Source of the DNA: a virus
DNA: 64,000 nt
Reading direction: 5' to 3' (one strand)
IMG/VR virus record: IMGVR_UViG_3300041583_000284
Span: 1 to 64,000 of that record
The translations under genes were made by a program, and so were the position numbers. Positions 52,908-58,870 of this stretch are shown here, piece after piece. Every line of letters starts with the position of its first letter. Position 1 is the first letter of the stretch. The notes under the pieces were generated by a model, which saw only the letters and a program-made list of their open reading frames with translations, did not search any database and was not told the origin of the DNA.

Positions 52908-54008
52908 CTATTGATCCGCCCCGAAGAGGTAGGCATGGGCCTGAACCCAGCGAGTGAAGCTCTTGTTAAGCAGCACTACGGACTGCTTGGCATACTTCGG
53001 GGAGCGAACACCGTTCGCAAACAGACCTTGCGCTTCCGCGTCTAACTTGTCAACGTAAATCATCCAGTTGTCCACCCAATCTGCTTCCATGGTTGACAGC
53101 GCCCGGTATACTACCATGCACGTGGCAGCGGCCGAGGTGGGCACCTTGGCGTTGGCCGGGTCGTTCTTGATCGAGGCATGGCTGGGCAGGTCGTTGGCCA
53201 GCCTTACGAAGGCCATCAGGTCCATCGCTGCCCGGTCCCCGAGGGTGCCCATCAGGGCGGCAGTCAGGGTCATGTCGTCCACCTTGCCCATGGTGGCCTT
53301 GATGATGTTGCTGGCCTTCTCCAGCGAACGCCCGGTCACGAACGCCTTGCGGCTCGGGTCACGTGGGTGGAAGATGTAGGGGTTCTGGTCTGGCTCCTTG
53401 ACTTCCTCGAAGGACTGGAACAGCTGCGGGTTGTCGCGCACCCAGCCCAGCAACGTGTGGTCCACGCCGTTGGAGATACCCCACTCCAGCCACTCCATGT
53501 GGCTCGGCTTGCGCACGGTCAGCACCGAGATGCGGTTCCACTGGTGGGGCAGCAGCATATCCCCAACGCCTTCGGCGCCGAGGTTGGTGGTGGCAAACAC
53601 AATGCTGTCTGGATGCATCGTGTACCCTGCCATCTTGCGCTCGTAGAGGATGCGGGTCAGTGCGTTCTTCACCGAGGGGTTGGCTTTGCCAAGCTCGTCG
53701 ATCATCAAGATGATGGGCTGGTCGCACAGGTGCATGCCAAGCTCCTCGTTGGTGGCAAACCGCACGAAGGGTGCGCCGCCCGATGCCTCGGCGAGGTTGG
53801 GGATCATGATGTCCCCGAGGTCCTTGGTTGTGCAGTCAAAGTAGACTGGCAGGTGGTTGGGCAGGCTCTTGCCGAGCTGGCCCAGCAGGGCTGACTTGCC
53901 GATGCCAATACCGCCTTGCAGCAGGTAGGTCACCGTGTTGCCCGAGGCCTCGATGAGTGCTGCGCACTGGTCAAGGCTCACGTCGTAGATTGCGTTTGCT
54001 CGTGTCAT
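52908..54008 (-). CDS. AAA+ ATPase, MoxR/CobS-like (AAA_5 type)
   Basis: Walker A GGIGIGKS, Walker B IILMIDELG, sensor-like FATTNLG. ATG 22 nt downstream of palindrome 54031-54049. Confidence 0.7.
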   Translation of the reverse strand: MTRANAIYDVSLDQCAALIEASGNTVTYLLQGGIGIGKSALLGQLGKSLPNHLPVYFDCTTKDLGDIMIPNLAEASGGAPFVRFATNEELGMHLCDQPIILMIDELGKANPSVKNALTRILYERKMAGYTMHPDSIVFATTNLGAEGVGDMLLPHQWNRISVLTVRKPSHMEWLEWGISNGVDHTLLGWVRDNPQLFQSFEEVKEPDQNPYIFHPRDPSRKAFVTGRSLEKASNIIKATMGKVDDMTLTAALMGTLGDRAAMDLMAFVRLANDLPSHASIKNDPANAKVPTSAAATCMVVYRALSTMEADWVDNWMIYVDKLDAEAQGLFANGVRSPKYAKQSVVLLNKSFTRWVQAHAYLFGADQ

Positions 54009-54030
54009 TGTGTGTATTCCTTTGGTTGAA

Positions 54031-54049
54031 CTTAGTCGGGATGACTAAG
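54031..54049 (-). repeat. palindrome CTTAGTC-N5-GACTAAG
   Basis: Perfect arms, loop GGGAT. Follows a Gly-X gene and lies 22 nt before ATG 54008. Confidence 0.9.
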
Positions 54050-54241
54050 TTAGTTGTCGCCGTAGCCATCGCCGTAGCCGTTGCCGAAGCCGAAGCCGTA
54101 GCCGTAGCCGTCGCCGTTGCCGTTGCCGTAGCCGAAGCCGTGGCCGTAGCCGTTGCCGAAGCCGTTGCCGAAGCCGTAGCCGTCGCCGTCGCCGTAGCGG
54201 GACCCCGCCCACACCAGCGGGCGGAGAAAGCCCCAGATCAT
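54050..54241 (-). CDS. Gly-X repeat microprotein, MIWxFLRPLVW family (63 aa)
   Basis: MIWGFLRPLVWAGSRYG + (GX)n. ATGA overlap with the upstream member. TAA abuts palindrome 54031-54049. Confidence 0.65.
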   Translation of the reverse strand: MIWGFLRPLVWAGSRYGDGDGYGFGNGFGNGYGHGFGYGNGNGDGYGYGFGFGNGYGDGYGDN

Positions 54242-54480
54242 TGGCCACCTCCGTTCCCGTTTCCATAGCCGTCGCCGTCGCCGAAGCCGTAGCCGTAGCC
54301 ATCGCCGTTGCCGAAGCCATCGCCGTTGCCGTTGCCGAAGCCGTAGCCGAAGCCGTTGCCGAAGCCGTTGCCGAAGCCGTAGCCGTCGCCGGAGCCGTCG
54401 CCGGAGCCGTTGCCGAAGCCGTAGCCGCTACCGTAGCGGAACTTCGACCACACCAGCGGGCGGAGAAAGCCCCAGATCAT
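54238..54480 (-). CDS. Gly-X repeat microprotein, MIWxFLRPLVW family (80 aa)
   Basis: MIWGFLRPLVWSKFRYG + (GX)n, ending GGGQ. TAATG overlap with the 92-aa gene stop. Confidence 0.65.
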   Translation of the reverse strand: MIWGFLRPLVWSKFRYGSGYGFGNGSGDGSGDGYGFGNGFGNGFGYGFGNGNGDGFGNGDGYGYGFGDGDGYGNGNGGGQ

Positions 54481-54758
54481 TATGCCAGTGCTTCGATCCA
54501 TGCTGCGCTCTCATTCACAGGCAGGGCAAAGATGATGTGGATATTCGGCACCAAGATGAGAGGCGCCTTGGCGTCCAGCACGGTGTCTTTGGTCGGGCCG
54601 TCAAAGAGCTGGTTCAGCCCGTGTGCAGTGCCCCACTTGCGGATGGTGCGGGCATCGTAGAGTTCCACGAAGCCGTCGTTGCCACCCCGTGCCCGGCCGA
54701 CCATAACGTGGCCAGCAGTGATTACGAGGATCGCGAGAGTTGGTGTTCCAAAGTTCAT
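54480..54758 (-). CDS. hypothetical protein (92 aa)
   Basis: ATG at 54758, 24 nt downstream of palindrome 54783-54801, with a GGAG RBS. Confidence 0.55.
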   Translation of the reverse strand: MNFGTPTLAILVITAGHVMVGRARGGNDGFVELYDARTIRKWGTAHGLNQLFDGPTKDTVLDAKAPLILVPNIHIIFALPVNESAAWIEALA

Positions 54759-54782
54759 GGTAGTCTCCATAGGTTGTTGTAA

Positions 54783-54801
54783 CTTAGTCGGAATGACTAA
54801 G
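54783..54801 (-). repeat. palindrome CTTAGTC-N5-GACTAAG
   Basis: Perfect arms, loop GGAAT. Follows a Gly-X gene and lies 24 nt before ATG 54758. Confidence 0.9.
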
Positions 54802-55047
54802 TCAGTTGTAGCCGTCGCCGTAGCCGTCGCCGTCACCGTTGCCATAGTTGTAGCCGTCGCCAGTGCCGTCACCGTTGCCATAGTTGTAGCCGTCGCCGTC
54901 ACCGTTGCCATAGTTGTAGCCGTCGCCAGTGCCGTCACCGTTGCCATAGTTGTAGCCGTAGCCGTCGCCGTCACCGTTGCCATAGCCGTCGCCATTGCCG
55001 AAGCTGGACTTCGACCACACCAGCGGGCGGAGAAAGCCCCAGATCAT
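54802..55047 (-). CDS. Gly-X repeat microprotein, MIWxFLRPLVW family (81 aa, GYNYGNGDG variant)
   Basis: MIWGFLRPLVWSKSSFG + repeats. ATGA overlap with the 100-aa gene stop. TGA abuts palindrome 54783-54801. Confidence 0.65.
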   Translation of the reverse strand: MIWGFLRPLVWSKSSFGNGDGYGNGDGDGYGYNYGNGDGTGDGYNYGNGDGDGYNYGNGDGTGDGYNYGNGDGDGYGDGYN

Positions 55048-55346
55048 TTCAGTCTGGCGTGCATCACCTGCCACTCCTCCGGCCACAGCAGGGTCGGCAC
55101 ATCCTTCAGTGCGAAGACTTGCGGCTCTCCGTCCTCCACACGGATGCTGTATGTGGCACGGAGCCAAGGCTTGTGGTTGTGATAGGAGCCGCTGCCTGTC
55201 TCCGTGATCTGCATGGTGATCTTACCCTTGATCGACTTAGGCGGCATGCCTAAGAGGGTGGCGATCATGAACAGCTTCTTAAACTCTATGAAGGTTGCGA
55301 TCTGCTCGTGCAGGTTGGCGATTGCTTTGTCGATGATGTCGATCAT
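55044..55346 (-). CDS. hypothetical protein (100 aa)
   Basis: ATG ORF. Contains the variant palindrome 55236-55254 in frame (LLGMPPK). Confidence 0.55.
   Translation of the reverse strand: MIDIIDKAIANLHEQIATFIEFKKLFMIATLLGMPPKSIKGKITMQITETGSGSYHNHKPWLRATYSIRVEDGEPQVFALKDVPTLLWPEEWQVMHARLK
55236..55254. repeat. variant palindrome CTTAGGC-GGCAT-GCCTAAG inside a CDS
   Basis: Encodes LLGMPPK in frame within 55044-55346. Same compensated variant as 41905-41923. Confidence 0.8.
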
Positions 55347-55561
55347 AGCATCATCGCCCCAACAAGGGCGATCACCCCCAAGAGGGCAACCAGCACGATG
55401 GTGGCAGCCGCCAAGGCGTCACGCTGGTTGCCCGCAGGCTTCGCGGTCACTGATGCCAATTGTGCTACGATGCGGGCCCGTGCGGCGATGCGGGCGTCCG
55501 CTGCGGCCTTGTCGAGGATAGCCTCGATCGCCACGTCGATGTCAGATTTCGTTGTCATCAT
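55343..55561 (-). CDS. small C-terminally membrane-anchored protein (72 aa)
   Basis: ATG at 55561 with an AAGGAGA RBS. C-terminal TM segment (IVLVALLGVIALVGAMML). Confidence 0.5.
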   Translation of the reverse strand: MMTTKSDIDVAIEAILDKAAADARIAARARIVAQLASVTAKPAGNQRDALAAATIVLVALLGVIALVGAMML

Positions 55562-55832
55562 CGTCTCCTTCGTTGTTGTCTGGAAAGTACACCCACACCC
55601 AAGCGGATATGTAGATGCCCGGGTCCTCGCCGGGCGAGAGCAGCACCTCGTCGTCAAGCTCCACCTCGCCGTCCACGTGGTGTTGGTACCGCGCCATTTG
55701 GATAGCCTCGGCGTACTCGATCTGGTGGGCGTCGTGCTGGGCGAGCCAATCTCTGGCGGCGCTGACTGCTTTCATCAAGTCGTCGGCATCTGATGCTACC
55801 GTGATGTTGCGCAGGATTTGCAGGACCATCAT
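55542..55832 (-). CDS. hypothetical acidic protein (96 aa)
   Basis: ATG at 55832 with an AAAGGAGAAG RBS, 22 nt downstream of degenerate palindrome 55855-55873. Confidence 0.55.
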   Translation of the reverse strand: MMVLQILRNITVASDADDLMKAVSAARDWLAQHDAHQIEYAEAIQMARYQHHVDGEVELDDEVLLSPGEDPGIYISAWVWVYFPDNNEGDDDDNEI

Positions 55833-55850
55833 CGTCTTCTCCTTTGTTGT

Positions 55851-56357
55851 TTAACTTAGTCGTTGTGACCGAGTGGTTTTCCATGGGGCTTTGCCCGCGA
55901 TCACGCGGCGGACTGCAGCGGCCGCTTGTGCCGGGCTGCACGGGTCTGGGGCCAGCACGGCGTCGAACAGCGGATGCCCCTTGTGCACCGCCATTTCGCT
56001 CTCGTGCAGATTGCGGCTGAGGCCGAGGAACCCCAAGGCGGCGTCTCTTGTGGCTGCCCAGTCGCCTTCCGTGTCCTTCAGCAAGGCCTGCTGCCGCTTG
56101 AGGGATGGGAAAATCTCCCCCGGCTCTGCGACAGACATGAGGTGTGCGGCCCCTGCGATGCAGCAAACGGTGCCACAGTCAGGCTTCAGCATCTCGTCCG
56201 TGCGCCGCAACAGGCTGCCCAAGGTGCTGCAATCGCCGGTGGCGTCGGCCACTCCGTCGTCCGTGGCGGCGCAGATACCCAGCTCCATGTTGAAATAGGC
56301 ATGTGGTGCGCCGGCCTCGAGCCACTCGGCGAGCTGTGTCAGGTGTGGGATATGCAT
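55851..56357 (-). CDS. hypothetical protein (168 aa)
   Basis: ATG 23 nt downstream of palindrome 56381-56399. Its last codons (TRSQRLS) are encoded by the degenerate palindrome. Confidence 0.55.
   Translation of the reverse strand: MHIPHLTQLAEWLEAGAPHAYFNMELGICAATDDGVADATGDCSTLGSLLRRTDEMLKPDCGTVCCIAGAAHLMSVAEPGEIFPSLKRQQALLKDTEGDWAATRDAALGFLGLSRNLHESEMAVHKGHPLFDAVLAPDPCSPAQAAAAVRRVIAGKAPWKTTRSQRLS
55855..55873 (-). repeat. degenerate palindrome CTTAGTC-GTTGT-GACCGAG
   Basis: Two mismatches in the right arm. Overlaps the 3' end of 55851-56357 and lies 22 nt before ATG 55832. Confidence 0.6.
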
Positions 56358-56380
56358 CGTCTTGTTCCTTTCTTGGTTGA

Positions 56381-56399
56381 CTTAGTCGTTGTGACTAAG
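56381..56399 (-). repeat. palindrome CTTAGTC-N5-GACTAAG
   Basis: Perfect arms, loop GTTGT. Contains the TAG stop of 56395-56628 and lies 23 nt before ATG 56357. Confidence 0.9.
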
Positions 56400-56628
56400 T
56401 GGTGTAAGTATGGGCCTCGGGCCGCCCAGCTTCTTGGTCAGCAGCCCACTTGTCATGCAGGTCGTTGTGCTGGACGAGTGCAGTGGCCTCGTCAGGGGCT
56501 TCCTGCCAGACATAGGCGTCGGCGTCGTCCACAATTGCCCGGCCAGCAGGCGTGGCGAAGGTTGCCTCAGTCATGCAGGCTGGCTCGAAGGCGTTGTCGC
56601 TGTGTTCGTAGGTGCAGTATCTTGGCAT
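56395..56628 (-). CDS. hypothetical protein (77 aa)
   Basis: ATG 23 nt downstream of palindrome 56652-56670. Its TAG stop lies inside palindrome 56381-56399. Confidence 0.55.
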   Translation of the reverse strand: MPRYCTYEHSDNAFEPACMTEATFATPAGRAIVDDADAYVWQEAPDEATALVQHNDLHDKWAADQEAGRPEAHTYTT

Positions 56629-56651
56629 TGTCTTGTTCCTTTCTCGGTTGA

Positions 56652-56670
56652 CTTAGTCGTTGGGACTAAG
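56652..56670 (-). repeat. palindrome CTTAGTC-N5-GACTAAG
   Basis: Perfect arms, loop GTTGG. Contains the TAG stop of 56666-56956 and lies 23 nt before ATG 56628. Confidence 0.9.
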
Positions 56671-56956
56671 AGTGAAAGCCAAAGTGGCCATTGCTCTCGT
56701 CGGCTCTGGCGGAGTCTGGGTGCCACACGGCACAGATCTGGTAAGCGATCGGCCCCAGCGGGTCTGCACGATAGGTAGCTGTGATTTCGAGGCTGTCGGC
56801 GGACGCATGACCAATCAACTCAGCATAAGCATACTGAGCGGAGCTGCTGGCCCACTGGGACAGATAGCCAATGGCTTGGTGCATGTCGTCGCGTCCAGTA
56901 ACAGACTCAATCTTTGTGAGGGTGTCCGGCTCGATGTTCAGATGCGTGGTTCTCAT
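56666..56956 (-). CDS. hypothetical protein (96 aa)
   Basis: ATG 24 nt downstream of palindrome 56981-56999. Its TAG stop lies inside palindrome 56652-56670. Confidence 0.55.
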   Translation of the reverse strand: MRTTHLNIEPDTLTKIESVTGRDDMHQAIGYLSQWASSSAQYAYAELIGHASADSLEITATYRADPLGPIAYQICAVWHPDSARADESNGHFGFHS

Positions 56957-56980
56957 TTGGTTGGTTCCTTCTGTTGTTGA

Positions 56981-56999
56981 CTTAGTTGTTGTGACTAAG
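56981..56999 (-). repeat. palindrome CTTAGTT-GTTGT-GACTAAG (one mismatch)
   Basis: Contains the TAG stop of 56995-57420 and lies 24 nt before ATG 56956. Confidence 0.8.
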
Positions 57000-57420
57000 C
57001 AGGGCGTGCGTCGCCCTGCGGGATCGGTGCAGCGAGGGCCTGCATGATGGCAAGGTAGTGCTCATCCACGATGGTGTGGCACAGTTGCTCCTTCTGCTCC
57101 TTCGACAGGCCCTTGAGGTGCTTCAGGTGCTTGGCCTTTTGCTTATCGAACACAGCTCGGGCGTCGGCGAGATCCTCTTCTGTATGACGCCACGGCAACG
57201 GGGTGCACCACTGGGTGTGCAACGGGGTGTGCCACACCATCGTGTGGTGCAGTTGTTCCCTCGACATGCGCTTGAGGCGCTTGAGATGCTTGGCCTTTTG
57301 CTCCTCGAACACAGCTCGGGCGTCGGCGAGATCCTCTTCTGTATGACGCTGGGGGAAGATCAGCGTGCAGCGCGCGTTTTCGTACCGTGCGGCGGCGGCG
57401 GCCTTGCGGACTTTGGGCAT
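56995..57420 (-). CDS. hypothetical protein with internal tandem duplication (141 aa)
   Basis: ATG at 57420, 21 nt downstream of palindrome 57442-57460. RHTEEDLADARAVF(E/D)(E/K)QKAKHLK(R/H)LK occurs twice. Confidence 0.55.
   Translation of the reverse strand: MPKVRKAAAAARYENARCTLIFPQRHTEEDLADARAVFEEQKAKHLKRLKRMSREQLHHTMVWHTPLHTQWCTPLPWRHTEEDLADARAVFDKQKAKHLKHLKGLSKEQKEQLCHTIVDEHYLAIMQALAAPIPQGDARPA
57071..57349 (-). repeat. internal duplication (about 110-120 nt x2) within 56995-57420
   Basis: 57130-57190 and 57289-57349 are nearly identical. The flanks diverge, with a 9-nt indel. Confidence 0.8.
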
Positions 57421-57441
57421 CGTCTTGTTCCTTTCGGTTGA

Positions 57442-57460
57442 CTTAGTTGTTGTGACTAAG
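57442..57460 (-). repeat. palindrome CTTAGTT-GTTGT-GACTAAG (one mismatch)
   Basis: Contains the TAG stop of 57456-57716 and lies 21 nt before ATG 57420. Confidence 0.8.
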
Positions 57461-57716
57461 CGCTTGTTGCAAACATAACTGTCACGTCGTGGCAATCGCA
57501 CGGCAGGACACCGTATTCGGCGGCGTCATGGTAACGTGCGAAGTGAGACTGCTCGGCGGCATCGGCGTAGGTCAGCGGGCCAAACTCCATCACCATGTCT
57601 GTTTCCCAGCGGGTGAAGGCGCGTGCCTCATTGTCGTCGAGGCCTGTCGTGTCGCCGTTGATGCACGCAGGCAGCCAGTGGGTCGGCAGTGCGAGGGTGA
57701 GTCGGTCGAATGTCAT
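57456..57716 (-). CDS. hypothetical protein (86 aa)
   Basis: ATG at 57716 with a GAAGGAA RBS. Its TAG stop lies inside palindrome 57442-57460. Confidence 0.5.
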   Translation of the reverse strand: MTFDRLTLALPTHWLPACINGDTTGLDDNEARAFTRWETDMVMEFGPLTYADAAEQSHFARYHDAAEYGVLPCDCHDVTVMFATSA

Positions 57717-57735
57717 GGTGTGGTTCCTTCTGTTG

Positions 57736-57939
57736 TTAGATTTGAAAATCAGCGACGACGCCGTTTTTTTGGCACTGGGGGCAGATGCAGCTTGCATACT
57801 CATCCCAGTCGCTGTCCCAGTTGGGCAGTTTCTTGTCGTCTGTATCGAAGCCATCGGCGTCGTACCTGCCCCACACACTAGCAGTGATGTGGAAGGCCTT
57901 GTTCTGGCCACAGTTGGGGCACTTCATGTCTTCCAGCAT
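57736..57939 (-). CDS. four-Cys zinc-ribbon protein (67 aa), first gene of the leftward early operon
   Basis: ATG at 57939, 21 nt downstream of palindrome 57961-57979. CPNC ... CPQC. Confidence 0.55.
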   Translation of the reverse strand: MLEDMKCPNCGQNKAFHITASVWGRYDADGFDTDDKKLPNWDSDWDEYASCICPQCQKNGVVADFQI

Positions 57940-57960
57940 AGTGCGGTTCCTTTCGGTTGA

Positions 57961-57979
57961 CTTAGTTGTTGTGACTAAG
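57961..57979 (-). repeat. palindrome CTTAGTT-GTTGT-GACTAAG (one mismatch)
   Basis: 21 nt before ATG 57939, the first early gene. Its right flank GCAGGGCG..CGCCC is homologous to the flank of 56981-56999. Confidence 0.8.
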
Positions 57980-58278
57980 CAGGGCGGTGTCGCCCCGCTG
58001 CGTTGTTTCCTTGAACGTCTGCCTTGTGTGTTCCTTGGCCTGTTGTCAGCAGGCATGACTTGACGGCTCTGTCGGTGTCGTGGGGTTTTAGTGGCTATCG
58101 CTTGGCCGTGCGTCATGCACGGGGGTCTGGAGGCTTCTTAGGCAGGTTCGGCGTCGCTTCACAGCGGGGCTTACTTCTCCGATAGCATACACCCTCTTGT
58201 CCGAGAGACGTATGGCAGATCATCTAGCATCATCGAGGCATTGTTTCCGGCTATGCCATCTCTGGCGTAGCCAGATAA

Positions 58279-58297
58279 CTTAGTCGGGGGGACTAAG
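58279..58297. repeat. palindrome CTTAGTC-N5-GACTAAG in non-coding leader
   Basis: Perfect arms, loop GGGGG. Confidence 0.9.
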
Positions 58298-58381
58298 TGC
58301 CTCTAGCGTTTGGTTATGGTCCACGTGCCATGCAGGGCAGGCGGCTGATAAAGAGCTGGCAAGCGCCTCACGACGCGGCCA

Positions 58382-58400
58382 CTTAGTCGCAAGGACTAAG
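58382..58400. repeat. palindrome CTTAGTC-N5-GACTAAG in non-coding leader
   Basis: Perfect arms, loop GCAAG. Directly left of the 10-bp stem hairpin at 58402-58436. Confidence 0.9.
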
Positions 58401-58442
58401 CACGAAGCGGCACCAACTGCATCTGGGCCGCTTCGTACTATT

Positions 58443-58470
58443 AGAATATCATGGTGGCACCTCATATCAA
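58443..58470 (-). promoter_or_regulatory. candidate sigma70-type promoter for the leftward early operon
   Basis: On the - strand: TTGATA (58470-58465), a 16-nt spacer, TATTCT (58448-58443). By-eye match only. The transcript would begin at hairpin 58402-58436 and include palindromes 58382 and 58279. Confidence 0.25.
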
Positions 58471-58647
58471 GCAGTTTGTTCTAGAAGTGGGCATGTTTGT
58501 TTAGGAAGGTTTCGTGGTTTCTGATGGTGGGAGATGGCACACTTTTGTTAATGCTATGCTGTGTCTGTCGGTTTAGTGGTGGGAGGTGGCGGGGTGTGAG
58601 AACTGGCATTGGTGGGCAGTGTTGGGGAGTGTGAGGTTTGTGGGGGG

Positions 58648-58666
58648 CTTAGTCGTCGGGACTAAG
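58648..58666. repeat. palindrome CTTAGTC-N5-GACTAAG in the G+T-skewed block
   Basis: Perfect arms, loop GTCGG. Confidence 0.9.
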
Positions 58667-58870
58667 TGGCAATGGATGGTATGAAAACAGAACTGCTACC
58701 CTGTGTCTGTCGGTTTAGACGTATATGGTGGTATGGGAACAGAACTGCTACCCTGTGTCCCAAAGTTTGGTGGTGTATGGTGGTTTATGCATGTATCTGC
58801 TGAGGGTTTTTCGGCGGTTTCGGATGGGGTCGGTATATGGTAGCATATGGTTGTAAGGGGTGGTATATGG

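Larger units (their letters stand above)
58440..58870. promoter_or_regulatory. G+T-skewed repeat block (possible origin, pac or regulatory region)
   Basis: The + strand is almost devoid of C. Many (T)ATGGTGG / GGTATATGG words. 30-nt direct repeat GGTATG(A/G)(A/G)AACAGAACTGCTACCCTGTGTC at 58678-58707 and 58730-58759. CTGTGTCTGTCGGTTTAG at 58559-58576 and 58701-58718. Confidence 0.5.

Noticed and set aside
48249-55047. Reading the periodic repeats as a CRISPR array or a non-coding minisatellite.
   Set aside because: The period is 6 nt with no spacer-sized unique segments. The repeats sit in nine separate loci, each with a conserved translated head, a coupled start codon and an in-frame stop.
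48195-55182. The + strand ORFs translating as Ala/Val/Glu repeats (48195-48509, 48482-48667, 49439-49657, 50947-51222, 51195-51404, 53957-54268, 54241-54660, 54679-55182), and the - strand Arg/Leu-rich alternative frames.
   Set aside because: They are mirror or shifted frames of the stop-free GCCGNN hexamer repeats. They run across palindromes and neighbouring gene starts and have no RBS or coupling. The conserved MIWxFLRPLVW block with synonymous codon drift only makes sense in the chosen - strand frame.
48652-55346. Programmed -1 frameshifting that would fuse each upstream protein to a Gly-X tail. The Gly-X frame is -1 relative to the upstream gene at the ATGA overlaps.
   Set aside because: No slippery X XXY YYZ heptamer is visible before any of the overlaps. 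Each tail has its own ATG or GTG. Termination-reinitiation coupling is the simpler reading, although fusion is not formally excluded.
56371-56399. TTGACT next to the palindromes (TTGACTTAGTC...) as a -35 box of + strand promoters.
   Set aside because: No acceptable -10 hexamer lies at 16-18 nt in any copy. Such promoters would fire antisense into the early genes. TCAA is better explained as part of the - strand leader GACTAAGTCAACC.
58280-58465. The 61-aa - strand ORF in the early leader.
   Set aside because: It spans two palindrome copies and the 10-bp stem hairpin and has no RBS. It lies in an otherwise repeat-rich non-coding leader.
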